Shown piece by piece: positions 43,831 to 56,007 of a DNA stretch of 64,000 nucleotides (within the stretch, counting starts at the first letter, position 1; the number at the start of each line of letters is the position of its first letter). A program made the position numbers and the translations under genes. The stretch lies in the NCBI RefSeq assembly GCF_009914755.1, contig NC_060926.1, one strand, 5' to 3'. The notes beneath the pieces were generated by a model. That model was not told the origin of the DNA, searched no databases, and worked only from the letters and a program-made list of their open reading frames with translations. Source of the stretch: the human T2T-CHM13v2.0 reference genome, Homo sapiens.

Positions 43831-45429
43831 TTCATTTTAGTCCTGGAGAAAAAAGATATTTCAAGAGTGATTAAAAACTGAAATTTAAGACAAAGTATTT
43901 AAAACTGTTTAGCTCAGAGTAGGCATGATACAAGTATTAGCTTAAGAAAGTATAGAACAATAATGTGACAGTGAAGTGCTGAGAATCTCTAGATCCAGAA
44001 GCTCATTCCTTATTTTTGATGATTGAGCAAAACCCTGGAAACCAAACTTCTCAATCCAGTGGGCATTAACAGTTTTCCTTCCCCTAAAATAACTGAAAAA
44101 TAAGATGGGTGATCATCTATAACAGTGGTTTCATAAGGCAGAAGTTCTTAATTGCTCACATAAGATGGTGGTCTGAGTCTTCTGTAGCTATTTCTTATCT
44201 ATGTAGAATAAACTTTGAACTTCTAAACTTGGAATTCAAGGTCCACTACATTCTGTCCCTCTCTTCTTTTGTAAAATTTTACTCCAACCAAACAGATCTG
44301 TTTATACTTTTCCCAATAACCCAAGGCAAACTCTATCTTTAAGCCTTTGTTTTTCTTACTGTGTTCAGAATTCCTTTCTCCTGACTTGTTAGCCATCATT
44401 GCCTCTGCAAATGCTCTACTCAAGCCCTCCCTAAGAACTCTTTATCTTCATTAACCTTTAGAAATACCTTTCCTCCCTGAATATTTGTCAAACTTATAAT
44501 CTGTACCCTTGCAGACTGCCCAGTATGTACCATGTCCTTAAAATTGTATATTGTCACTGAAATTATGAAGATATACAGCTTGGTAGTTTAACAGTAGATG
44601 TTGAAAGGATGAGAGTAGATATTGAAGGGAACCCACCCTTCTGCACATGAATGAGCATCAAACAAGACAGATAAGAAAAAAGAAAAGAACAAGTGGAAGT
44701 AAATTAGTTTTCCAGGGTGACAGCCAAAGACTTGCCAATAATGTGAGCAGAGATGGTCAGATGTTAAAATAGCTTTGCTCCATATCGTATGAAATAAATC
44801 TGACACCCAAAATTATCTCCAAGACTCAAGAGGGGCTTTGAAAGCCAGTTGCTCAGAATTAGCCAGACAAATCTTTTATAGACCCTGAAGCACTAAAATG
44901 AATGTGGGGAATGCCATAACAATTTGAAACAAAACAATGCTAAGCTGTAAACTACAAAACATGCATGTATAATAAAATTAGATAAGCTTATTTTTAGAAT
45001 TTTTTTTAGAACTTCTATTTTTGTTTCCATTGATCTGCTAATGACCCAAGCCTATTTATTGTTTGTCCTTTGGCACTGGCCCTGCGGAGAAGCTGAGTAC
45101 ACTGTGCAGCAGAATTGCACAATGAGTCATCAGAAACCTGTGTTTACACACACACTCAGAAAGTGCAAGCAAGTTAGCACTATTGTCTATTAATATTTAG
45201 GAGAAGACACATTCTAATTTTAGTGTTTGGTTGGAATGAGGATCACAGACTCAAAAGCCTTCGGGGAAAGTTGTATGCATGAATGCAGTGGGAGGACAGT
45301 AGGTATATAACACAAGGACTGCGTAAGGATGCAATAAGTATCAAGGATTCCAGGGAACATTGGCCAGAGCTGCCTGCTAGCAGCTGCTGCTACTTAGCTT
45401 TGGTTGATTTTTGCTGTTTCTGAATATAG

Positions 45430-45597
45430 ACTTAGTGCAACCAGATCTTCCAAGTTTTCAGGAGAAGCTGGGCACCCTGACTTTTTAATGGGAAATTTAT
45501 AGATTTTAAAAGTTGACTCAAATTCTTCTAATATATTACAGTTCAAGCAGAACAGATGTGTTATGGCCTACAAACCGCCATTTTGCAATTTTGCTTT
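45430..45597. mobile_element. MER103-like hAT relic
   Basis: gactttttaatgggaaatttatagattttaaaagttgactcaaatt...ccgccattttgcaat resembles the MER103C end. Confidence 0.5.
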
Positions 45598-47660
45598 GGA
45601 TTCATATCATGATCCTCTTCAATGTCACTTCAACTCCACAACCACAGAAAAAAAAACTTAACCTATAAGATGTTTAAAATTACCATTATACTTTCTATAA
45701 TACATTTCCATGTGTCTGAAAAAATATTTGTCTAAAAATAATAGGAAAGTCTTTGAAACGATATGTGAAAACCACAAGGCCAGGGGCCAGAGTTATTAAG
45801 GGGAAATGTAGATTACATAATAGTCTTGCCCCTGTTTTATTCAGTGCATGCCCTCTGGGCTGAAAATATTCCTAGAGCAATAATCTAGATGTTATCATCC
45901 GGCCTTTGTATCAGCAGAGATTTTGAAAGGTACTGTATTTTTAGAACTCTTTCACTGAGGCTGCTATTACCACCATTAATCTATTAGTCTCTGGCTTTGC
46001 CAGGAAGGCACTTGAAAACAGTCTCTGACCAGCAACACCTTGATAAAATATAAATGGGAGAAATGGCTGGTCCTTTGGGAAACAGGTTATACATTTGAAA
46101 GACTTCTGCAACGTGCGTTGCTCAACAAAAATCGCAAGTAGTACCCCACCTCCATCTTCATCCTGCATTTTCAGTAATAGATTTCAAAGGAAATTTAGTT
46201 CTTATTTTTTTCATTATAAGAATAACTTTGAGCTATTGTGTGCCCGTTCAACCTTGGAGGACGTTTTCCTAATGCCCACAAGTCATGTTACTCTTTAGCA
46301 GTTAACATAACTCAAAAGTTGGAAAGGGTAAAATATGCTCTCAACTTAGAAGTTGACAACCAGAGTAAGTTCTGAATGCTTCACACAGTAAACGTTTTCT
46401 TGTTCCTCTAAAAAGAGGAGAATGCAGCAGAAGCCTCAGTTCCTACAGTGAAGCAGGTTTATAATAGCTATTACCTTCAGAAGGGCAGGGAAAAAAAGGA
46501 AAAGGGAAGGGGCCCAAACAGACAAAACAAACAAAAAAAATGCTAAGGGCAATAGATATGAAAGGATAAAGAGGGAGAAAATGACAAAAGGAGAGCAGTT
46601 TCTTGGTCTTCTCTTCCCATCTGTCTTTTTCCCTTTTTCATTGTTATGCGCTTAGGATGTTGCATTTTCTCTTCAAAGCTTCACAACAGGACCCAAGTGC
46701 TTTGATCAAAGTGTGCTTTGCCCTCAAGTACAAGACTCTTTACACGGCACTTAAAGTGACTAAATTTTGAAATGTAGCATGGTTTTTCCTCTCATATTTT
46801 TAGCCAGTGAATTCTTGGCATCTTTAGAATTGAAAAACAAAGTGAAGAAGTTTAATGTCAGCTGAACAAAAGCAGATTTTTGAGAATCACAGAAAATTGC
46901 CCCTGTGATGCACGTTTTTTTTTTCTCTGCAGTTCTGAGCACACCTGTTGGTTCTCTTTGTGAAAATGTCTCCTGTTTTACTTTATCACCAGCTCCAAAG
47001 TCCATCTCTACCTAACTCAATAAAGTTGTTCTCTGGCACTGGCAGAGTGCTCTCCAAGAGTCCTACTCTGAAACCCCTTCCACTTTCTCTTCTAGTTTTT
47101 CATGAATAAATAGCTGACTTTCTGCTGCATAAGAGGGGAGAATGGTTCAGATACAGTTATTCGTCTAAACTCAGAATGGCTTAAAATAATGAGAGTTTGA
47201 AACAGACAGCTCTCAGAGTGATTTTAAAACAAAGGAAGATGACAGATTAAATGAACAATTCGGTCTCAAAATGTTCTTGAAATAGGTTAATGTACACTTT
47301 CTAAAATATCTATAGTGTCCTTTTTAGTATATGAATACTTTAATACTGTTATTTTAGCAACTTACTTGCTGTCAGTTTTCAACACGTATCATTTAGATGA
47401 CCATTTAAAAAGCATAGAAGCCAATTTCAGCTTTCACTTTCCAAGCCACTTGTCAGAGCAGTTCACTGAGCTTTGCTAGGCAGAAGAAAAGTTCTTCTTA
47501 CTTCATTTAAAGTAAAGGGAAAAAGTGTTTACATTTGATTGTAAAATGCCAATTGGATGCTGTTTTGGAAGTTGTAGCTACCTGGCTGTAATCACTCTCG
47601 TTTTTAGTCATGTAGAGGGAAAGATGTGTACAGAGTTCAAATAACTGATTCAGGATGAAT

Positions 47661-47810
47661 CCCTGGGTTTAAATGATTCTCCTGCCTCAGGCTCCCAAGT
47701 AGCTGAGATTACAGGCACCCACCACCACACCCAGCTAATTTTTGCATTTTTAGTAGAGACGGGGCTTCCCCAGGCTGGTCTGTTGGCCAGGCTGGTCTCA
47801 GGCTCCTGAC
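47661..47810 (-). mobile_element. Internal Alu fragment lacking both ends
   Basis: Part of the right arm, the linker and part of the left arm only; no poly-A and no TSD. Confidence 0.88.
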
Positions 47811-48366
47811 AATTTCTTATGATTGGAAAAAGCAGACATAGACGACGTATTTACTGCAAGAGACAACAGGGATGTAGATTCTTTATTTCACCAGTTGAGA
47901 CAGAAAGAGAGAGCATCTCAACTGGGAAGGCAAATTCTGAGACAAAGAAGTGTTAAGAAAACTGCTGTTTGAGCCACAAAATATCTGATGGACAGAGGAC
48001 ATGTCTCGTGGCTTGTACCTATGGCCAAAATTAATAGTATTTTGATCCCAAACTGTACTGAATACCTAGAAATTTATTTTAGCATTAAGAAAGATAAAAA
48101 ATGAGGCTTATGTTTACACTTGATTATGAAGAATTACATAAAATTGCTCAGGCTAGTTTAGTTACTAGCCATAAAATTAAATATATTGATAACTGAAAGT
48201 AGTTCAAAACTGAAAGGTAGTATATATAAGCATAATGGTATGCTTGAGGGTAGATTTTTAATTCTGACATGTTTATTTCGATAAAAAATTATTTAATTTA
48301 AAAAATAAAGATGATTTGAAAATGTGAGCTAAACATCTTATGAACCACACATATAGAGTAATGTAG

Positions 48367-48694
<328 letters not shown>

Positions 48695-49245
48695 AATGTA
48701 GTATTATTCTAACAGTTGTAGTTGGAATATCTGAGTTCCGTGCCAGCCTATTCCTTTTACTAGTTATTATCCACTATTTCTGCAGGATTATGTCTAGCTT
48801 GAACCTAAATAGTTAGGTCAGAGCCAATAGACTCCAGCCTGGGGGTTATATTAATAGTTTTTGTTGCCTCTGACAGGAAGGAGAATTGACACGTGCTTCC
48901 AGGAGTGGACTTTTTCTTTAGGAAAATTTTGCAGGCAACAACTAGCCACTAAGACTCATATCAGTTAATGTTCCAAACCTGGGCTGCAAGGAGTACAGGG
49001 ATAGCCAGCTAGTGTGAAGTTGAAATATTAAAACAAAAGAGCCGTGAGGGAGGAAAATAAGGTATGTATTAAGCTGACAAAGCAGGTACATTAACAATAT
49101 TTCTAGTCAAAGTCACATGTAATAGCAGTCCTAACCCTTCCAAATATTCACTGAAGGATCTTAGAGAAGTGACTCAATAACCAGGCTAGACTTCTTTAAA
49201 AATGTCTGTTTAAAACCTAAGGAGCTCCACATAAATATTCTGAAA

Positions 49246-49575
49246 CAGGGGGTTGGCAAACTTTCTCTGTAAAGGACCAGATAGTAAATATTTTAGGCAA
49301 TGCAGTCCACATAGCTCTTCTTGCAACTACTCAGTTCTGCCATTGGTGTGGAAAAGCAGTCTAGACAATATGTAAACTGAGGATGGCTGTGTTCCGGTGA
49401 AACTTTATGGACACTGAAATTTAGATTTTATATAATTTCCACATGAAACAAAATATTATCCTTAAATTTTAATTCTTTTTTCAATCGTTTAAAAATGTAA
49501 ACCTATTCTTACGGGCTATATAAAAAGAGATAGTGGGCCAGGTGTAGCCCAGGGGCCAAACTTTGCTGACCTCTG
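49246..49575. mobile_element. MER58B (hAT-Charlie)
   Basis: Termini cagggggttggcaaa and tttgctgacctctg; internal gtaaaggaccagatagtaaatattttagg. Confidence 0.88.
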
Positions 49576-49732
49576 TCCTAAAGCTATAGGTTAGTAAAAA
49601 CAGCTTTGTTATAAATGTCATGCTAATAATGAGAATATCATGCTAATATGAGAGTAACAAAATGTGTAAAATGTATTATACGAAGGGCTTTGAAGTACAC
49701 TATTTCATCCTTACAGCAATGTCATAAGTTGG

Positions 49733-50116
49733 TATATTAGGCCATTGTGGATTACTATAAAGAAATACCTGAGAATGGGTAATTTATTTTAAAAAAGAGG
49801 CTTAATTGGCTGATGGTTCTGCAAGCTGTACAGGAAGCATCTGTTTCTGGGGAAGCCTCAGGGAGCTTACAATCATGGCAGAAAGTGAAGTGGGAATAGG
49901 CATTTCACATGGCAAAAGCAGGAGCAAAGAAGTGGGTAAGTGCCACACACTTTTAAATGACCAGATCTTGAGAGAGCTCACTGTCACGAAGACAGTACCA
50001 ATCTATAAGCGACCCACCCCCATGATTCAAACATCTCCCACCAGGACCCATCTCCAGCATCAGATAATACAATTCATCATGAGATTTGGGTGGGGACAAA
50101 TATCCAAACTATATCA
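49733..50116 (-). mobile_element. MSTA/MSTB (MaLR) solo LTR
   Basis: tatattaggcc...ataaagaaatacctgag...acaaatatccaaactatatca; 5-bp TSD gttgg on both sides. Confidence 0.9.
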
Positions 50117-50319
50117 GTTGGTATGGTGGACTGATCCCATAATGTCCCCAGATCATCAGCTCTCCCTGTAGCTATGCCCTTCACCAGGACTTTGTAGCTT
50201 CTTTGAACAAGATGTTGGAGTAAATTATCTTGCCCCATATTCTAAATTGAGCCATGTTATTTGCTGGGCCAATGGTACGTCAGCAATTGTGACAGAAGCA
50301 GTGTCTTGGAAAATGATTG

Positions 50320-50465
50320 TCAAAATCCTGGTTGTGATATTGTACTACAGTTTTGCAAGTTGTTCCCATGGGGGGAATTAGATAAAGGGTACATATATGT
50401 CTCTGTCTGATTTCTTAAAGCTGCACATAAAGCTACAATTATCTCAAAATTAAAACTTTACTTAA
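50320..50465 (+). mobile_element. L1MC1/2-like 3' end
   Basis: atcctggttgtgatattgtactacagttttgcaag...acaattatctcaaaatt. Confidence 0.7.
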
Positions 50466-50591
50466 AAATAAGTGGAAAGTATGGGAAGTATGTTTAGAAT
50501 TAATTTTGATTAAAATTATGTTAAATGTATAGATTAATTTGGGTTGTTCTGATATGTTTACAGTATAGATCTTTCCATCTGGGAGCATGTC

Positions 50592-50593
<2 letters not shown>

Positions 50594-50625
<32 letters not shown>
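50594..50625. repeat. (TG)n microsatellite
   Basis: Perfect TG run of about 16 units. Confidence 0.95.
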
Positions 50626-50626
<1 letters not shown>

Positions 50627-51889
50627 ACACCACACTTCGGAAGGTCCTTTAACAAATCTTAGTAATTTTTAAAACAAATTAAAAATTTTATTATTCCTTA
50701 CTTTTCCTTCATTGCTGTGCTTCTTATTCTAAAAGTTTCAAAATAGAATGTCTATCTATATAAAATAGGTTTAAAATAGTGGATTTCCATACTTCAAGTC
50801 CTTTTCTATGATATTATCTTACTTACTATCAAAAGAAATCTTCTCAAAGTTCTGATTGGTCATAGCCTTTAGTGAAACAAGGCTCTCGTAGTTCATGGCT
50901 GCAGATCAGCACACAAAGAAAACCCCACCTAAAAATTAATGTTCTAAGTTTTTTTGAAGTCTAGTCACGTGATTGTTATTTATTCTATAAAAATTTGTTC
51001 TCAAAAACTAAAAAGGCACTGAATTAGGTTTGGTATTTTAAAAATTTACTGTTTTGTCTTCTGTGACTTTTAAACAGATAGCATTTTCTCTGAGTCTCAG
51101 GATTCTTGTCTGTTAAACGGAAGATAGATTATATGTGTTCTTTCATCTCTGTTTCCTAGATTGCTGAGTGCTTTACATTAGCACGATCTTGTAATAAAAC
51201 TTTATCCAGCTAATATAGTATTGTACTTACATGCTACAGTAAAGTGTTTTATATTATTATTTATTAGGGCTTTCTCAATAAGTGAAGATATCATTGACTA
51301 TTAAGCCCTTTTCAAAAGCTCTTTGGCATTCTTATACCCAGGGTATTTTATGCTATAAGTTTATGTGAAGAAGGAGCACAAGTTTTGGAGCAGACCAATA
51401 TGATTCAAACTGTGGCCATAAAATATGATCAAACATTTACCACAATATTAAATCACTGGAAATAGTTCAATTCACCAATATGTAATGATCTTGGAAGGTA
51501 TTCTGTGATTACAGCCATGATGTATATTATTTTCTTATATTTATAATTCTGGTTGTTAAAAATGTCTTTAGGGAACATTTAATACTTCTGTGATTATAGA
51601 AAAAATCATTAAACGTTGCCTTTTTTATTATGATCTTGGGTAGAAAGAGTGTTGCTTTAAAGAAAGGCAGCTAAACCTAAATGTAAATAAATGGCAGCTG
51701 TTGCAGAGAGGGTTGAAAGAAATAACTGCATGGGAAGCCCTAATTACAAGGTAGAACTAAAAGGTTAAATCTTTATAAGGTTTCCCATTTTAATATGTGA
51801 ACAGACAATGTTCTTTTTTAAAAAAGATACTACTTCATGTCTCTACTCTTTCTTCACCTAATATGTCATCTTTTATGCAACATGTAAAG

Positions 51890-52060
51890 TGCCATGCATG
51901 TTATTTAATTGGCACATCTATGAGACATTACTACTGCTTTCCCCATTTGGCAGGTGGGGATCCAAAACATGGAGAGGTTAGGTAAATTGTATACAGATAA
52001 TATTCAATAAAGCTAGCATGTAGATCCAAATGATCTGACTCCAGGTACTGTGCCCTTCAT
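51890..52060 (-). mobile_element. MIR
   Basis: ccccatttggcaggtggggatcc...ggagaggttaggtaaatt...tctgactcca. Confidence 0.6.
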
Positions 52061-52099
52061 TACTTTCCAAACTCCATGCTAAGGAAAGGTCCATCTCTC

Positions 52100-52440
52100 T
52101 TATCACCAGCCTCCTGCTCACTGCTCTTCAGCCTCAATTTGCACCTTGTCATTCTTCAAAGTCCTCAGAATCTATGCAATTGTTCCTTCTGGTAGGAACA
52201 CATTTCCACTATCTGCACTTAGATTTATGCTCATTTGTCAGCTTCTCAAAGAGGACTTTCTTGATTAAGTTGGCGTTCCTTAACACATCCTTCTTTTGCT
52301 TAATTTTTCCCCATAGCTCTTCTTACCCTGACTTTATATTAGTCACCACGTATTTATTTTCAGTTTCTTTCACTGGAGAATAAGCGCCTGTTTTTCTACA
52401 GCTGTATTCCTGACACTTGAGTGAATGAATGAATGAATGA
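52100..52440 (+). mobile_element. LINE-2 3' end
   Basis: L2-like body ending in a (TGAA)n tail, gtgaatgaatgaatgaatga. Confidence 0.6.
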
Positions 52441-52604
52441 GATAAAGGCTGATTATTGAAATGAATTCAGTATTACTTGAAAAGTACAATTATAAACAGT
52501 CCCTAAAGAATAAAATTCCTTAGCTGACATCTAGAAGAAGCCCTAAAAACTCTGGACACCTATATTTTATTTTAAAATCTCATGCCACATTTAACTGACA
52601 TGAT

Positions 52605-52824
52605 TAACTCCAAACATCCATTTAACTTCTCACATCATGGTTCATCCTTTGGTTCATTGTCTCTCTCCCTTTTTCTCTCTCTCCCTCTCTCTCTCTTTTT
52701 TTTTTCTTTAATCACACATCACTAGATGGTGAAGGACAGGAGAGTACCCAGGAAGGAAGGCTTATAAAGAATTTGTGATTTTAGTTGATCTCTTAACACT
52801 TGACAGAGAAAGAAATCTGCACCT
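52605..52824 (+). repeat. Inverted repeat, left arm (local duplication, no recognised transposon)
   Basis: Reverse complement of 54833-55061, with 2 substitutions, a 1-bp indel and a different A/T-tract length. Confidence 0.97.
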
Positions 52825-52852
52825 AAAATGTGACATGATTTTTTTTAACATA

Positions 52853-52894
52853 TCAGATGAGATTGGATGCGTTCAGGGTGGTATGGCCATATAC
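52853..52894 (-). pseudogene. Truncated 5S rRNA retropseudogene (5' 42 nt)
   Basis: Minus strand reads GTATATGGCCATACCACCCTGAACGCATCCAATCTCATCTGA versus 5S GTCTACGGCCATACCACCCTGAACGCGCCCGATCTCGTCTGA; TSD ttttttaacatatcag at 52841-52856 and 52896-52911. Confidence 0.92.
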
Positions 52895-53029
52895 ATTTTT
52901 TAACATATCAGGCTGTAACTTCCAAGTAGTGTTTTCATCTCAAAATCAACCTACTGGCAGGTGGTGCACTGACTTCAATGACCATCATTGTCTAAACATG
53001 TTTCTTGCAACTTTTTATAATTATCTTAA

Positions 53030-53395
53030 GAGCTTGTGAAAATTTAACATAACATTAATACATTTAACAGTGAATGTGTTTTATCTCTTTGAGAGTAGAC
53101 TTGGTTTAGGAAATAGCCTGAAATCATTTAAAGCCCACTGTAGAGAACATGGTATGAACAAAGCAGAGCTTATACATTCTTCATCAAAAATGTGTTGGGA
53201 CTGAAACATAATGAGACTCTCCTTTTCACTGATGGCTCATAAAGTGGCTCTGGAAGAACTTTCAAAATTGGGTTGTGAGTGTCATAGTATAACAAGAGCC
53301 ATGCTATTGAATGGAACAACACTCATTTTGATATTTATATTATGATATATTTTATGTTTAAAAAGTATCAATCCATGTTTATAGTTAACATACAG
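53030..53395. mobile_element. MARNA-like (mariner) DNA transposon relic
   Basis: gactgaaacataatgagact...atggctcataaagtggctctgga and acaacactcattttgat resemble MARNA. Confidence 0.5.
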
Positions 53396-54832
53396 AGTTT
53401 AGAATAAAACATTTCTTCTCTAGTCTCCACATATCCTTTAATTTCAAATGTCTCTGATTCTGCATATGGATACCTTTTTAGTTGCTCTCTATAAAGTCAT
53501 GTTCACTAGGTAAGTGAGTAAACTTTATTTTGCCCGGTGGATATGTTTCTGACATGTTGTATGGCTATCCAATTTTAAGAGTCAGAGTTAAAAATTTTCA
53601 GATGCAGAAAAGAATTTGGAAACAAAATCTCCCACCTCTCTTCCAATCCACTGATAATTTTATTCTTTCTGAAAGAAGGGAAGTTAGGTGACACAAGCTC
53701 TTGTCCCCATTGGGTACGTATGTATATATACTAGCTGTATGTTTCAGACAAGATAACAGAGCCTTAGTTCCTGGTAGTGACAATGTGTATGTAGGCCTAC
53801 TCACTACAATTCCTTCCATCCTAGCTATTCTTTTATTCAGCTCATTAGTGGGAGCTTGCTATTTCAAAGAACCTTATTGTAAAATATTGTATACAGTGAA
53901 TATCTATACTTAATCCATTCTTTTAAGGAAAATCTAGTAAATCTGCAAAAAACATGGAATACCAGCATTTATTTTCATTACAGGTATGCTGAATTTATTA
54001 GCTGCAGGGTTTTTTCATTTGTTTATTCTTGCTGAATGACATGTAATAAATCCTAACTTGTATTCTAAAAGGTAGAAATGTCAAAATACTAACAATGGGT
54101 AACTATGAGAGGATTTGTTCTAAAGTGAACTGGATTATTTTTTCTTTCCAAATCTCCACAGAATAGCTCTGATTTCTTAGTAATAAAGTTTTTGTCATGT
54201 TTTAGTGAGAAATATTTTATTTTATGATATTAAAAAAGAACTCCCAGACTAGGAAAACCAGTTTTAAACAGATGGAGTGAAAACCCTAATTTTTGCAACC
54301 TTGTTTTTAAATAGGAATATGTGGGCTGGTTACTAAATACAAAAACATGACTTCAACCTACTCGCTATTTCAAATTGTTAGCAATTTTCAATCAACATCC
54401 TCAGACTGAAGAAAAAACAAACAAACAAATAAACAAAATAACCTCTCCTAAGACAGAAAAGGTCTACATGAATTTGCCATGCAGACTTACCCCCCATGTT
54501 AAGAGTCTTTGTTTAAATAGTTCCCTGCAACCTTATTTAATAATACACTCTTCATTTGTGGTTATGTTTAATCATATTTAAAATACTAGGAGCTGTTAGC
54601 TATGGCCAAGAAAAGTCTCCAATCTCAATCTGAGTTTCTGTTATTTTTGCAAGTATTGAGACAATGGTCATACATAGCCTTTATTGCTGCCTTGAGATAG
54701 GTCTTATCAGGAAGTCCACGAATCAAGTATTTTTACTTGCACACTTCATGCTGAATCCAACTGGATTTGCATCTCTACAGCAACTGTTTGCTGAAATGCT
54801 AGTCTTCATACAGCCCTAGTGAAGAAGATTTG

Positions 54833-55061
54833 AGGTGCAGATTTCTTTCTCTGTCAAGTGTAAGAGATCAACTAAAATCACAAATTCTTTATAAGCCTTC
54901 CTTCCTGGGTACTCTCATGTCCTTCACCATCTAGTGATGTGTGATTAAAAAAAAAAAAAAAAAAAAAAAAGAGAGAGAGAGGGAGAGAGAGAAAAAGGGA
55001 GAGAGACAATGAACCAAAGGATGAACCATGATGTGAGAAGTTAAATGGATATTTGGAGTTA
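54833..55061 (-). repeat. Inverted repeat, right arm; contains A24 and a GA-rich tract
   Basis: Reverse complement of 52605-52824. Confidence 0.97.
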
Positions 55062-55086
55062 TCTGAGACTTAATCCACGTGCACAG

Positions 55087-56007
55087 TGGTAGTGGCGTGC
55101 TCACAGGTGTTTAAAAACCAGCTCTATTTTTAAAAAATCTACATATGTATATCCATTTATACATATGCAGGTTTACTATGACTTTTACTGATATAAAGGT
55201 TGTATAACACACAATTTAAAAATAATAACAATATATACAATACTCTGTTGTAAGTTTCATATAGTCCATTAATTCTCACATAATTCTTCAGTTGAATTTT
55301 GCTGAACCTGGTATCTATAGCCAAAATGGTTGCAATTCATGAATTAGTGTAGTTCTGACCTGATTGTTGGTTGATATTTTCACTTATGATAATGAATAAG
55401 ATGAAAGTGAAGCAATTGTGGTAGGTGTAGAAACCTCACTTGTTTGTCTTCGACATGAGTGACTCCTTTGTTGAGTTAGATAATAGTTTGTGAATACTAG
55501 AAGAATATTTCCTCATTTTTTGTGCTAATCACAACATAACCACTACAGGCTCTACACACTTTTATTTGTAATTTGCCTTATTAGCATTTTCTCTATCATT
55601 TTCTTAAATTTAGATTATCTACAAAACAATAAATCAAATCCTGAGGTGCGGTGCTTGCAGATTTCTGAGGTATAGATACTAACGCTACGACTCATTTCAA
55701 GCTACCAGCTTCTGATGCTGCAGAATGTGAAACTGAGAAGAGATGCACAGCAGCACATCATTGTGTGGCATTTCTACCATTCAGAAAATAGTTGCAAATA
55801 ACCTCAAGAGCATAGATGATAGTAAAATTCAGTAAACTAATATTTGTAAGTATATAGAAGTTAATTTTTAATATTGGCTGGCATTTTAAAATGACTTTAA
55901 TTTTAATAATAGTTTTAAATGATTTTTAACAACTTCATTACAAAATTCCTAAAGATTTAAAAATCAGCTATTGTGGGTCAGCCATGCTGGTAGCAGAATG
56001 CCACTAC
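55087..56007. mobile_element. MER63C/D-like (hAT-Blackjack) DNA transposon
   Basis: Termini tagtggcgtgctc...tgtttaaaaaccagctct and ...cagaatgccacta; about 0.9 kb long. Confidence 0.7.

Noticed and set aside
49806-50171. 121-aa ORF
   Set aside because: Lies almost entirely within an MST LTR.
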